Part shown: positions 49,700 through 62,580 of the stretch, in pieces
Position numbering within the stretch: position 1 is the first letter of the stretch
Layout of the letters: each line of letters opens with the position of its first letter
Source of the DNA: Callorhinchus milii
Lineage: Eukaryota
NCBI RefSeq assembly: GCF_018977255.1
Contig: NW_024704742.1
Location: forward strand, 41,852,001-41,916,000
Direction: 5' to 3'
Length of the DNA: 64,000 nt
Program-made: the position numbers and the translations under genes
Notes under the pieces: generated by a model
The model's database searches: none
Seen by the model: the letters and a program-made list of their open reading frames with translations, nothing else
What the model was told of the DNA's origin: nothing

Positions 49700-50630
49700 T
49701 GGATCAGGTTGCTGGGAAGGGTGTTTGAGGTCAGAATTTTACTTAATTTGTAAAACAGCTTGATGCTGTGATGGTAGGGCAGGCGGTGAGTATTCTAGAA
49801 AGATGAGATTGAATGGGCTAAATGGCCTTCTTCATTGAACCACTCTTGGGAAATGTAAATATTATGCCTGTTTGTGGGACATTGCTGTGCATAAATTGAC
49901 TGCCATGTTCATTCGCAAAATACAGATATTATATTCGTAGATGAATCCTGTGAAGCGCTTTGAGACATCCTCCTGAATTGAATGGCACTATATCAAATAC
50001 AATGATTATTATTATCCTATTTTATTTTAACTGTGGAATGATAACAGGCAGCTAAGATGTTAGAATGAAAGCTCAACAGGGTATGCACGTGGGCTGATCA
50101 CTGACAAATTAAGTTCAATATAGATAAATGCAAGGTACTACATACAGGAAGTCAAAACGATGGCATGTATATTGCCCATGGCTCATTGCCAAAGCAGTTG
50201 AATTAAAATCCAAGAATTCATGCTCACACTAACAGCATATTACTCTGGTTACACCACACGGAGTACCGTGATTTTTTTTTATCAGTATAAGAGGATTGAG
50301 CGGAGAGAAATGATTAGATAAACTAGGACTCTTCAGCCTTCTAAAGAGATGTCAAAGAGGACCTTACAGAGGTATAGAAGATATGACAAGGCAGCAGAAC
50401 AATAAGGCACAGAATCACAGTTGTAAGGCTGATTTCACCAGGAAATATTTCTTTACCCAGAGGGTAATTAACAACTGGAAAGGGTTCACAGGAATGCTGG
50501 TTGACGCCAGAACACTGGATCTCATTTAAGAAACAGCTTGATGCTTTAATAGCAGGGCTGTAATGTGCGTATTCTGGAAGAATGAAATCAAGTGGGCTCA
50601 AGGGCTTCATCTGAATCTTCTTATCCAAAT
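49700..50630 (+). mobile_element. Degraded CR1 fragments (49700-49850, 50040-50630) flanking a SINE 3' half (49865-50015)
   Basis: CR1-like AAGTTCAATATAGATAAATGCAAGGTACTACAT (KFNxDKCKVLH), AAACTAGGACTCTTCAGCCT (KLGLFS) and TTCTTTACCCAGAGGGTAATT (FFTQRV). SINE TGTTTGTGGGACATTGCTGTGC...GATTATTATT. Confidence 0.72.
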
Positions 50631-51886
50631 GTCTTTCCTGTTAACGTAAATGGAGCCACTCCAGGATAATTGTTATATCAAATCTGTTATGAAATATTCC
50701 TTTTCTCACTCCGGGGGGTGCATTTTGCGTGAGTGCAAAAGCCATATGTGCTGGAGGGGCGATCTTGAACATTTCTTTTTACAAATCCACAGCAGGCGAG
50801 TGTGTGGATCTCAATTCAGTGTCCACTCATTGATATTGGAACTGGATATTTATTATGTTGAACAAAGGAGTCATGTAAAGGAAGATAATGTAGTTTTAAA
50901 ATATTTATTTGTTAAAACTTGCTCAAAGAATCGACTTCCTCTGAAGGGTTTGACTGCACTTGTGGTCCTCTTTCCCCTTCCTACCTCCAGCTCGGGTGGT
51001 CAGCCAGTACAGTTAAGCACTTTGGGATGATCTCTGAGGTGAAAGGCGGTGTATAAATGTAAAATTTAATTGTATTATGTTTACTGAGTGCTTTCTACCT
51101 TCCTAGACTGGCAGTGACGGATTGTTTTCCTAACAATGCAGCTAATGTAAAGAGGAAATTAAGAGCGAGTTTTGTTTTAGGATCTAACTTGATGTCCAGA
51201 GGCTGTAATGTTTTTCGGCGCTTCAGAAGCCAAAAATGCAATGCCGGCCTGTTAGGATGCTTTCCTACAGTGCCAAGGAACACAGATGTATTTTTCTCTT
51301 CCCCCACCCCCCCCTTCCTACCCACTTTACAGCTAGGGATTCTGGATATGTATTGTATATGTATTAACTTCTAGAGAGAGCAGATGCCAACAGCCTTGAA
51401 ATGTTAGAGAACACTGGGCCTCCTTTGAATCAATGATGTTCCCACCTCTGGAAGAGAAACAGACTCGCTCTCCAACAAGAATGCCAGGGATAACAAATGT
51501 AGACTCCATTACTAGACCACCAGGGATCTGTTCTATTCATCTCACACAAACACACACAAGCTCGTCTGATGTGATTTTTAAAAAAAAAAACGAAATGTTT
51601 AAAATAGACACCAAGCACAGATGGTTTGTACCCTTCCTGCTGGACATAAAATGGCTACACATGGATAGAAAGACAAGCATTGTGTTTCCACCAGCAATGG
51701 AAACAGACTCCACATCATCTTTATCTGACGTAAAACTGACTTCAGTGGGTCCTTGTTTGGCCCACTCAAGTTTTTTTTTATATCCCCTCACTCTGACCAA
51801 CTTAATAGGAACACTGAAATTCAATGCATGAGCTATACCTACAAGCAGTAGAACCTTAAACGCAACACTCTGAATATTACTTAAAT

Positions 51887-52045
51887 CAGGGTGGTCCAAC
51901 CTTTTTTTGGCTGTTGAGGGCTGGATGCCCCATTTGAGAAATGTCCACAGGCCACATAAGCAATAATTGTGTGTTTTGCTTCCAGAAACATAACATAAAC
52001 TTATACGGGTTATGGAGGGAGCAGGTGGGCCAGATGAAATGGAGG
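51887..52045. mobile_element. Possible degraded hAT/Charlie-type non-autonomous DNA transposon end
   Basis: CAGGGTGGTCCAACCTTTTTT...GAGGGCTGGAT...AGGCCACA...GTGGGCCAGAT resembles hAT-Charlie termini and GGGCC subterminal motifs. No clear second TIR. Confidence 0.35.
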
Positions 52046-52444
52046 GAAGGAGGCGGATGAATTAAAACATCCTGGACAAAGATTGGTTCAGAAATGTTAG
52101 AGTTTCATGGGTCACCATGAGTACATGGTGGAGAAAATTCAAACATTGCTGCAAAATTGAGCCGTCCATTTCCTGATAATTGAGACTGGATTAGAATGGC
52201 TGCATCCTGGAATCATGTTCACAACTGTACAGAAACTGAATCTTAAAAAGGTTGTGACTTCAAGTGTAACTTCACCAGTTTGGCACTAAAACATCGGTTT
52301 GGAACAGATAGCAACTGTTGTATGGAAGAGTATTATTCCCTGTAGACTTTTATTATTCTTGATCTGAGGTGGTGTTCATTGGAGGATCATGGCCAGGATT
52401 AAACAAAATAAGAAATGTACAAATCCATAGTACATAGTCCACCA

Positions 52445-52680
52445 ACAATGGGTGAGCTTTCAGTCATTCTACCACTGCTCTCTGGAACTCCATCCTGGAA
52501 TCCCTCTGCCTCTCCACGTTTAAACTCCACTTAAGATATTTTTGACCGTAAATTTTTTGGTCATGTTTTCCTCCTTCCTCAGCTCCCAGCTTGGGCTTCT
52601 AGCCAGCTCTGTGAAGCTCTTGAGACATCCTCGACAAGAAAGGCATTATATAAAAGTAACATTGTTGTAAATTGTTGTTG
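52445..52680 (+). mobile_element. L2 LINE 3' fragment, old
   Basis: GAGCTTTCAGTCATTCT...CTCTGGAACTCCATCC...GAAAGGCATTATATAAAAGTAACATTGTTG. Confidence 0.75.
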
Positions 52681-55600
52681 AGGTGTGAATTTAGTTGTTA
52701 TTTAGTAAACTAGCTCTCGCCTCTGTACTTGACTTCACCTCTTGTCGCCCTTTAATAAAAACACAGTGCCTGAATAACATTATATGAAGGAACCAAATTG
52801 TAGATGTTCTGTACTGCTGTTCCTATGTATCTTTACAAACATAAAATGCTGAGGATTTTTTCCTGAGAACCATTTTGGGATTGCCTAAATATAATAAGAA
52901 ATGGCTCATCTTTAGCAAGGTCTATTGGGACAACATATATAAGTTACACATTTAGTGAGTTTGGGAATTTAATGAAATCATTTTTCGATCTTCCATCATG
53001 TTCCATCTATACACTGGATGACTGCATTCGTTTTGACAATCTGGAATTGATTCTTAATAAAGAAATTAAGGGATTACACTGAAAATTTACATTCATCTGC
53101 ATATAATTATACTTACAATTGCTAATGGAAATACCACCTCTTCCTGACCATGCTAAAGCAATTTACTTTAACTGGAACAGGACCGGTTGACTTTGACCTT
53201 TGGCTGGTCAAGATTCATGTTGAATTTGTGCTTTCTTCAGAGAATTTATACTCCGAGCATGAATTTATTGCGATTTATTTTCCAAGAAATGAGAAGCTGT
53301 TGAATCATTGTCAGTGAGGCAGAACAGTAATAGTCTTGGAATTGCTCACAATTCACCAATAATCCACACATAAAACACTTCATAATTTCTTGATTTCTAT
53401 CTTTTGGGTGTACAATGGTGCTCAATACAGGGTAACCTCAGGTTCCCTCTGCACTAGATTTACAGTGACCACATTAACAAGCAACAACAATAATAATGGC
53501 TAATTTCAGGATGTTCAATATTTTTAAGGATAGATTTGATGTTGAGCAAGAAGAGCAAATCTGGTGTGCCGTTCCACTGTGCAATTTCACCAGGAGAGTG
53601 AAGTGGCTTCAGTGTAAACAGAGCAGGGCAAAGTGCGGTGAATCGAGCAGTCATTGACTGACCACCGTCATTGGAAACTGTGGCACAAGAATAAGCAGCG
53701 TCCGACTATTTCCAACAAAACTCATCAGTTTGGAGCCAACAGCAGAGAAACAAAGGAGAGAAGCAAGCAGGGGAATCAGATGTCAGGAGAAATCACAGAG
53801 CAAGAGCATTGGTGAAAAGCCAAGGAAGGAGAGGTCAGCATGGGACCTTTGGAAGTTTCTGTAAAGGAAAACTCCAGTTGCTTTATCTGAATATCTGACT
53901 GCCACTCACGCTCACAAATCAACTTTGCACTGTCGCGATCCTGAAGGGATTGTTTTTGTTTAATAGTAAAACTATGGGGGTTGCCATATCTTTCATTTAT
54001 TTGCAGTGTTGAGCAGGCTCCTGATGTGAACAAGGAAAGCCGCTGCTATCAAACTTTGTGTTTCACTCACCTTTGTTCCTGGCCATCAGGGCAATGTCAC
54101 TTTGTCTGGTTTCTTTTCCTGTTGATGCCAATAATTTTCCTTGCATGTCTTCCTGCTGTAGATGAAAAAAAATCCATCTTTCATTTAAAAAGAACTAATA
54201 ATAAACCATGCTGATGCACTCAAACATGAACAAATGAATAACTACATTTTTTGGCTTTTCCCCAAAGCAGGAAATCATTAGCAGCAACTGATGTTGTTAA
54301 ATATTTTAGTATGTGAAGCATGTGGCATTTATAGATGAAAAAATAAAATAACTTTAAAATAACTTCTGGGAAGTTGCAGTGTTCTTAGCAATTTAATGGA
54401 AGCATCAATAAACCTAATCACTGATATATCGACTGCTCCCAGTTAACATCATTTACAGTCTTTTCTTATATATTTGAGGTTAAGAAAACCACAACAATAA
54501 ACTTGGTCTATTGTTTCCAATGGCACTAAACAAATTTTCGCTCCTTTGAAGCAATTTAGTATCTTAATTTGTGGGGTGCTAAATTCCCTTTCTCCTACCT
54601 TCCCTCTAGACATAAACTGTGCCATCCAGCAATACTAGAGCTGACTAAGACATGCGTTTTTGGCAATAGTGCTGGAAGAGGTATTATTTTTTCTTCTTAC
54701 TAATTCAACACAATGTTTTGGCAGTATTCAACTCAAGGTTAAAGGAATCTTAATAATGTCTGAGCCATATTGAAAGAGTACAAGCTCCTTAAGTTAACCT
54801 GTACGCCTCACCTGGGGTGAGACACGTTGTGTTGCATGTGCCTTCCTGCTGAGGCTGCAGAAGGTTTTTTGAGAAAGCCTGGATTGTCAGAGCTTACTAC
54901 ATTAAACAACAGTTTCCCTACGAATCACGTTTATGTTTCTTTCCTGTGTTAAAAACAACTGTTCTCGAGAGGCACCTTCTTCCCAACCTCCATTTAATCT
55001 ACAATTTGTATCTTTGCAGTAGGAAATTATGATCTGGGGTCTGATTATAGGGAAGTAGTATTTAAACATACAGCCAAAAATGAGGAAATAAGGCTAACAG
55101 AAATAGTTATCCCTGTCTGCTTATGCTGAACACCATCAAATCACTTAATATGCTTTCTCTGAATGGTGTCTGAACATTTTTACTACTGTTGTTTCCTCCA
55201 CAGATTGATTGCCATCCCCTCCGACACCAGCCATATTACTATGCAGTGAGCTGTTCCCATTAACCATTCCAGCTGAATAACTGTATTGTATTAGTCAAAC
55301 TTTAAATGGGTTGAAAGACCTTTTTCATCTCCAGTTCCTACTTCCTTGGTGTAAGACATGAAAACTGGAGTCTGGATGTCAGCTGGGGTAATCATCAGTG
55401 TTGAGACTAATATTAAACTCTAATTTAAACTTGATTTAGCCCACCTCACTTGGTATGCTATGGTAACAAGTGAGTTGCTGATTTACCCCTAAACGTTATC
55501 ATCGCTAGGAAGTCAACAGATCAAAACGCCAGTAGATCCCTATCTCTCGCCCCCTTCCACACCAGTTCCTCCAATATCTTCTTCCTACATTTCTATGAAA

Positions 55601-56094
55601 TGGTATTAAAAGCTCTGCCTGGATCCAATACTTGTGAAATAGACTCAAAGAGCTGAAGGGCCTCCTCACATCCCTGTGTTTCCAATTTCTTTAGGACAAG
55701 CCTTGTACGGTAGATTTTTCAAATTTGAAGAATGGATCTGATGCATTGCGGCTCAATTCCTTAATTCCACTTTTGTAACCGTTCAATAGCATATGGTGGA
55801 GTTGTTCCATGCTAAAATGGATAGCTCCCAGAAGAGCCTGGATTGCCATCTTCACACACGTTAGACCTCTCTTGACAGTAAACTGGGGGAATATCAATGG
55901 TAGCCTGAACGATTGCCATTTCATTTAACATTGCTAACAACTGGAGGTGGCTTCTCTTATTCGGGTCTTGTAACAAATAATAACTGGCAGCATGAAGAAG
56001 GCATTCATTCATATTTAGAACGTATGTTATTGCAATGTGAGTATGATTTAGAGTTTCACAGCTTCATTTGCATAATATATAGATTTTTTTAAAA

Positions 56095-56294
56095 TTTATT
56101 TTTGTTTTGAACGCATTATTACCCATGGAAAAGCAATCCACCAAACAACGAACAACTGGGTTCCTACTTACTGCTAGGTAAACAGAGGCATGTGGAGTAA
56201 AGAAACTTGCCCAACATTTTGCCCTGCCTGGGAATTGAACCCATGTACTCTTGTTTGTGAGGCAAGCGCTCTAACCACTAAGCCACAGGACCCC
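56095..56294 (-). mobile_element. tRNA-headed SINE, long form (extra internal segment), 5' half
   Basis: Head and flanks as in 7646-7925, but with additional CCCATGG...CAACTGGGTTCCTACTTACTGCTAGGTAAACAGAGGCA. Followed by an L2 tail at ~56313-56378 (+). Confidence 0.85.
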
Positions 56295-56699
56295 TCTCAT
56301 AGGAACCCGAGTTTTCAGCGCCTTGGGACGTCCTCCCGATGTGAAAAGTGCTGTACAAATGTAATCTTGTTGTTGTAGTCCATCGGCCCATTGAATTGTT
56401 CTACCATTTTTGTTAGATCTTGACACTTTGATTAACATGAGTTTATTCAGGGTTTCTTTCAAGGTTTATGAGAAAGTTTTCTAATGGGTCCATCATTAAA
56501 AATAAGCCGTGGTTGTGCAATTTATACATTTGGATCCCGCTTTTGTCAGTAGCGGAGGCAGAAATCTGAAAAGTGGGCTGTGGTTTCTATCAAAACTGTA
56601 ATTAAAGACATGAAATGAGATTGAGAAAGCAACCCTAAAAAGTACTTTCAGATACACCAAGGCAAACAACTCAGAAGGCAGTTCCAATGGCAATGTTGT

Positions 56700-56872
56700 T
56701 TTGCACAAAGGGTAATTAACAACTGGAACGAGTTATCAGAAAGGATGGTGAGGCTAGGCTACTGACTCATTTATAAAACAGCTTGATGCTGTAATGGAAG
56801 GATTGTAGGGTGGGTCCTGTGGAGATGAGATCAAATGGGCAGAATAGCCTTCTTCATCTGACCCTCTTGTGA
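56700..56872 (+). mobile_element. CR1 LINE 3' end
   Basis: CACAAAGGGTAATTAACAACTGGAACGAGTTA...AAACAGCTTGATGCTGTAATGG...ATGGGCAGAATAGCCTTCTTCATCTG. Confidence 0.72.
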
Positions 56873-57180
56873 TCTAGTTTGTTGGAGATTGAATTGCATA
56901 ATCAGTTCCAGGAGTTTTAAAAGGAGTGATATTCCACATGTCCAATGGCACTATAAGCAAGTTAGCTTCCTATAGGAAGAGAGAAAACAAAGAAAAATTG
57001 GTAAAAGGATCAGTCACAACCACTTCTTAGCGGCCAGTCACAGAGTAATGCTGGTTGGGGATTAAGCTCTAACAGTATTGTGCATAGAATGGGAAGATAT
57101 AAAGAGGAAGAAAATAATTTAAGACAACAGGTTGCATTTATTTAGCATCCTCCATGCAGAATAACATCTGAGTTTTTTAA

Positions 57181-57513
57181 ATAAAAATCATCCTTGCATT
57201 TGATATGGCACCTTATCACGTCATTGAGACATCTCAAAGCCCTTCACAGAATATACTATACAGTGAATTGGCTGTGTATTTTGTGGGTGAGCCAATTGTG
57301 TCAGCCAATTGTGCACAGCGTGTTCCACAAACAGTCATGGATTCAGTGACCAACTTAATTTTTATTATTGGAGGGATTATTACCCCCAGAAAGCGAATCG
57401 ACAAACAACCAGGTCCCTACTTATTGCTAGGTAAACAGAGACGTATGGAGTAAGCAAACTTTCCAAAGGTTTTGCCCAACCCAGGAATCAAACTCGGGTG
57501 CTCTTGATTTGCA
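57181..57513 (-). mobile_element. tRNA-headed SINE, long form (extra internal segment)
   Basis: Tail and body as in the young SINE, plus CCCCCAGAAAGCGAATCGACAAACAACCAGGTCCCTACTTATTGCTAGGTAAACAG. Confidence 0.87.
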
Positions 57514-60500
57514 GAGGCGGGGAATTTTGGGTGGGCTTACAAGCTACAAGGCTTTGCTCTCTCTGCTGATCGCAGTAGTCCTTTGAGTGAACAGTAGCAA
57601 TGAAAAGGGTACAGGCCTAGATATCAAATACCAGACAGTCCATCCCCAGCAACATTGGTTTTACGAAGATCAGTAAATGCTGGGTTCAGGTTAAAACCTT
57701 AAATATCAAGAGATTGATGAACAGGAAAGTCAGATTGGCAAATGATTTATACATTCTCTACTGCTCCCAACAGAATGTGATTTTCCACAAACATTACAGC
57801 TTTAAGATACAACACTGTTTTTTTTGGGGGGTGGAAACGGGGAAGGTGGAGAGAGAGAGAATGATTGTTACTGGATCCATTTTGTTGCAAATGTCGAATC
57901 GGAAATAAATTATTTTCTATGCAAGACTTGGATCACGTTCCATTGCAGATCAACCACAGCATTGTCATAACATAGTGGCAAGGCCCATAGACATGGTCAA
58001 AAAGGTAACTCCTAAGGCAGGACTTGAAGACTGATTGAGAGGTGGCAAGGCAAGGGGGTAGAGGGATATGGCGTAGAATCAAAACTCAGCCACCTTACAA
58101 AAAAAGGCAGACTTTTTTTTTACTACCTGTGGAAGTACCACACTTCATTTCCTTATCTGATGAGCTGAATATTTTGTTGCTGATCTGACTTGGCTCATGT
58201 TGACAATTGTCAAGACTGATTGACAGGAGAATTTGGCATCAAAACTGGTTTTAATTGCATCATTTATTCTTGGCCATCCTTTCCAAAACTCCTAGAAGGA
58301 ATGATTGAAACAAAAGAGATTGAACTTATCTTGGTTTAATTAATATTTGAATCAATGCTTTTACTGCCTTTGTAAGCCTTTTCCTAGAACGCTGAAAACT
58401 CCTCCCATTGCCAAGAGATTTTGACCATGGCTTCACACTGTGAGCCTTAATCATGTATTGTGCGTGTGACCCAACTGATTTCAGTTAGTGTTGAAATCCC
58501 CCACGATTCTGCCAAAATTGATGAAATTGGCAGCTGAACATCTAATTGAAATTCTGAATTAATAACTAAACTAGCTCTTATCCAGACCTCCTACATTACA
58601 ATGAATAGAAACATCTCACACATATGTTGCGAAATTGCCCAAGTGTTTTGAGGTGGAATACTGGGTAGGAAACAAACCACACACTGCCTTAGTTTTATTC
58701 TATCAGGGTGTATTTGTAATAGTGGTGAAACCAGTTGACAACCAGTAATTGGGTTCACCAACAAATGCAGTCACTCCACTTTACAGTAAATCCTATTAAG
58801 CGCTTTCAGATCTTCTTCTGATGTGAAAACCGCAATCCCAAATACAAGGATTATTTTAATATAATTATTAACTTAACCGCAGATGTGAACCTTTGCCCCC
58901 CTACTTCAGCACCAATAGTATGACTCAAAGCAAGTCTTTCAGTGACTGCCATGTATAATTTTCAGTGCCAGTTCACAGGATATCGACTCAAGAACAACAG
59001 GGGCAGCTGCTGGCAGCTTTAGCATAAACAATGACAGAATAGGCATCATCTGGCTTCAGACCAAATCATTGTCCTGAAGCCTAAGAGGGACAGACCTATG
59101 TACCAGGTGATAGGTTATTGATCATGGCAATGTGCTCATTATTTTTTTCCTTCTATGATAATTAATGGATATTTGCCCCAACAAGCTCTTGAACAAATGT
59201 GAAAAATTAACATAACAAAACATCTGTCTCCAAAAGTAACTGAGGTAAATGATGCATAGAGATAGCTATCGTTTGCTAGGAGTTTATTGAGGCTAGAACC
59301 AAGATTTCTTTTCTTAAGAGCTATTAAAATGTCAGCAGACTTTGACAGGTTTGACTCACTGAAATGAATGCAGTCTGGAGCATTTGTTAGTTACGTGCAG
59401 CTGGCCTAGCAGGAAGCTTCAGGTCAAGCTAATGAACAGTTGTTTTTCCTCAGGAGCTTTGAGAAGAACACTTGATAAAGGAACTGGAGGTACTGCAGAC
59501 AGTACATTAGAACTGTATACGGTGCCCTGGGACTGAACAAGAGCTCTGCAAAAAACAAATCACATAAAACTTCAATCACCTTTTTTTCTTAACTGAACTA
59601 TGCCAGGCTTCTCTTACCGGGTCTTTCTCTTGCTTTGTCTTTTATCCTCTCTACATCTATTTCTTTTCATTAAATCCTTTCAAAGTTATCTGCTGAATAC
59701 TTCATTTATAGAAATAAAAGGTGATGAAAAGTGCAATAACTCACTGGAAAGAAAACTTCAAGAGGGAATCTATTCCTTTTGAAATGCAAACTGTTACAAT
59801 AAATTGTGATTAAACTTTAAAAATCCATTGCTTTAGTTTTCTCTCTCCAATTTAACTCCAAAACTGTTGAGTTTTAACACTGATCAGAACTTTGGAGGAA
59901 TTGCGGAGGTCAGTCAGCAAAGTAGTGCAGCATAATGGAATTAATGTGCAGTTGAAATGATTGTCCTTGCTTGGCCTCTGTCCTAAGCAGAAGAATTGTG
60001 AGAATCTATAAAGAAAAATACATTACGAGTAGAGCAAGGATAATGACACATGAATCCTTAGAGTCGATTCTGGATTTGAATATTACTTGCATTTTTACTG
60101 AATCAAAGTTTTTTCTGTTGCACTAGACCAGTTTATTCTGTTTAGATGAACGATTGGTTACATGAGTATGGTCAACAGCATGCAGGGTATTTGGAAGTGA
60201 GCAATACCTCAATTTTCTGTGTAGTCTATGCTGGGAAATGAATTTGTATGAGGTTCTTCCTGACTACTACAGCAATCATTTAAGAAGTAATTTGCTTGTT
60301 CCTGAATAACTGATGCTATTGATTGACTCTGATGAGGTCTGACAGCATAAACTAAAAATAGTAGTTCCCTTACTTTTCAGATTTCTCTCTCTCTACCACT
60401 GACACAAGTAGAGTTAAATGTATAAATTACACAACTGTGTCTTATTTTGTATTTGAAAATGCATTAGCATCTCTAAAAGGTGTGCTAATGTATGCTCGAT

Positions 60501-60639
60501 CATCAATAAAGCACACTTAGAAAGAATAAATGAGATGCAGCTATCTAGGATGAGTACAGAAATTCTGAGTAAAATAAGACTTAAAAGAAAAACATGCAAT
60601 AAATCTAAAGAATGCAAAAGAAAATCAGAAAGAGTATAG

Positions 60640-60772
60640 AAAATGTTGAAGTGAAGCGAAAAAAATTAGCAAGGCCAAGCGGGGATGTGACTGGTAAGTA
60701 ACGAAAAATACTACAGGATTTTATAAACTTATAAAAAACAAAAGAATAGTTCAGGGAAAAGTATGGCCAATT
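60640..60772 (+). mobile_element. CR1 ORF2 linker fragment, old
   Basis: AAAATTAGCAAGGCCAAGCGGGGATG...TTTTATAAACTTATAAAAAACAAAAGAATAGTTCAGGGAAAAGTATGGCCA corresponds to IxKAKR...FYKxIKNKR...KVxP. Confidence 0.55.
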
Positions 60773-60859
60773 ACAGTGGTATTGATTGTGAGTATTGTGC
60801 TGGATTTTGTATTATTCTCAATATTACTGATGTAGGTTGGATTTAATAGAAGAGCCCCA

Positions 60860-61025
60860 ATGTAGCTATTTATGGGACATTGCCGAGTATAAATTGACTG
60901 CCATGTTTGCCTATAAAATACAGTCACTAAACTAAACTGCACTAAACAGTAAATCTTGTCAAGTGCTTTGCAATGTCCTCTCGATGTGAAAGGTGCTATG
61001 TCAGATACAAGGATTATTATTTATT
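60860..61025 (+). mobile_element. Deu-type SINE 3' half
   Basis: GCTATTTATGGGACATTGCC...AAATACAGTCAC...GATGTGAAAGGTGCTATGTCAGATACAAGGATTATTATTT. Confidence 0.78.
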
Positions 61026-61379
61026 AATAAAAAATTACCCAATGATGAAGTTACCAATTTCTGAGCAGATCACCAGTGCATGAACATAAATCTACTAGAT
61101 TAATAAAATGCTTTGTTTATCTTGAATAATTTTCCAAACATATAAAGCAGACTCTGGCTAACTTGAGAGTGAGAACCAATGTATAGGAGAACCCTATGCA
61201 GCAAATAGAAGGATATAAATCTCTGACTTGCCACTCCTTTTAAACTGTTGCCATTTACAACAATAACTTGCATTTTTAGTCACCTTCTCATGGGGTAGCA
61301 ACTTGGGAGTGCTGAACAATGGGATAGTTTGACACCAAGCCAGTAGGAAAGGGGATTTTTTCTGCCTATTCTTCCACCC

Positions 61380-62295
61380 AAATCCATACATGTCATATCC
61401 ACACCATTAAAGTTATTCTCTAAGTTACTGAATCAAAGAAGTCCATTAGATCTGTCAAGTACGACTTGCCTTTAATATTAATCCAGGCCTTCCTAAGTGA
61501 TTATTAATTATACCATATTATGGCCACCAAAAGTTTGCTTGGCTTGTCACATTGCTCCTTTTTGAGCAGAGATGTTATATTAGTAGCTCTCCAGTCTTCT
61601 GGCACAACTCTCATATTCAAAGATACTCGAAAGACTGTAGTCAGAGCATCTAGCATTTCCTCTCAGACTTCTCTTGGCATTCTCACAAGCATGCCTTCAG
61701 GCTCTGGTCATCCACTAATACCACAGAATATAAAACCAAAGAGGTGGCACTTAACCTGTACATTATTATTTAGACTGTTATTAGAGTCCAGTCTTGATCA
61801 CCCTACTATAGGAAGAATGTCAAGGTCATAGAGAGGGTTTAGAGGAGAATTACTAAGATTATACCAGGGATGAGTGGTCTGGCCTAGGAGCAGAGACTGG
61901 AGGAACTGGGCCTAGTTTAAATGAAGAGAAGGTTAAGGGGAAATCTGATAGATGCCTTTAACATTATGGGGGTTTTGATAGAGTAGATGGGGAGAAATTA
62001 TTGTTATTGGTCAGTGAGTCAGTGAATAGAGGGTATCGATGTAAGATAATTAACAAAGGAGCAAAGTAGGGATATAAATATTTTTTGCAGAGAGTTGTTA
62101 GGATACAGTGGTCAAGGCAGAATCCATACTGATGTTCAAGAGGGAACCAGATAGATATCTAAAAATAAATAATTTGCAGGAGTATAGGGAAAAGGCGGTT
62201 AAGTAATCTTGAATAAATTGCTCTTTCAAACAACCAGTGTAGATACAATGGACTGAATAGCCATCACTGTACTATAAATTTCTACGGTTCTCTAT
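61380..62295. mobile_element. CR1 with inverted 5' part: RT N-terminal remnant (61380-61710, -) joined to the C-terminus and tail (61715-62295, +)
   Basis: Minus part reads PEPEGML...REV.EEMLDALTTVFRVSL...VVPEDWRATNITSLLKKE...GKSYLTDLMDFF...VDMTCMD. Plus part reads EYKTKEV.LNLY...PYYRKNVKVIERV.RR.TKIIPGM...EQRLEELGL and ends ATAAATTTCTACGGTTCTCTATG. Confidence 0.75.
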
Positions 62296-62299
62296 GGTC

Positions 62300-62580
62300 C
62301 AAGTCACCCATCAAGACTTGTGCTCATAATTTTGGGTGACAGTCAGTGTAGTAATGAAGAAACGATGCACTGTTGAGGTCCCATTCTTTGAATGAAATGC
62401 TAAACCATGAACCCATATGATGGTACAAGTCAACATTTAAAATCACAAGTTCTTACTTTGAAGAACAGCATGAAATTGTGATGACCTGGCTAATATTTCT
62501 CCTTCATACATCATGGTCATTCATTGCGGTTTGTGAAATATTGTAGATGCAGACTAACTGCTGTATGTGCCTAGGCAAAT
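62300..62580 (+). mobile_element. Deu-type SINE, highly degraded
   Basis: AGACTTGTGCTCATAATTTTGGGTGACAGTCAGTGTAGTAATGAAG...TTTGAATGAAATGCTAAACC...CCTGGCTAATATT. Confidence 0.6.

Noticed and set aside
60328..60362. CTGATGAGGTC... as a hammerhead ribozyme core
   Set aside because: No correctly placed GAAA and no convincing stems.
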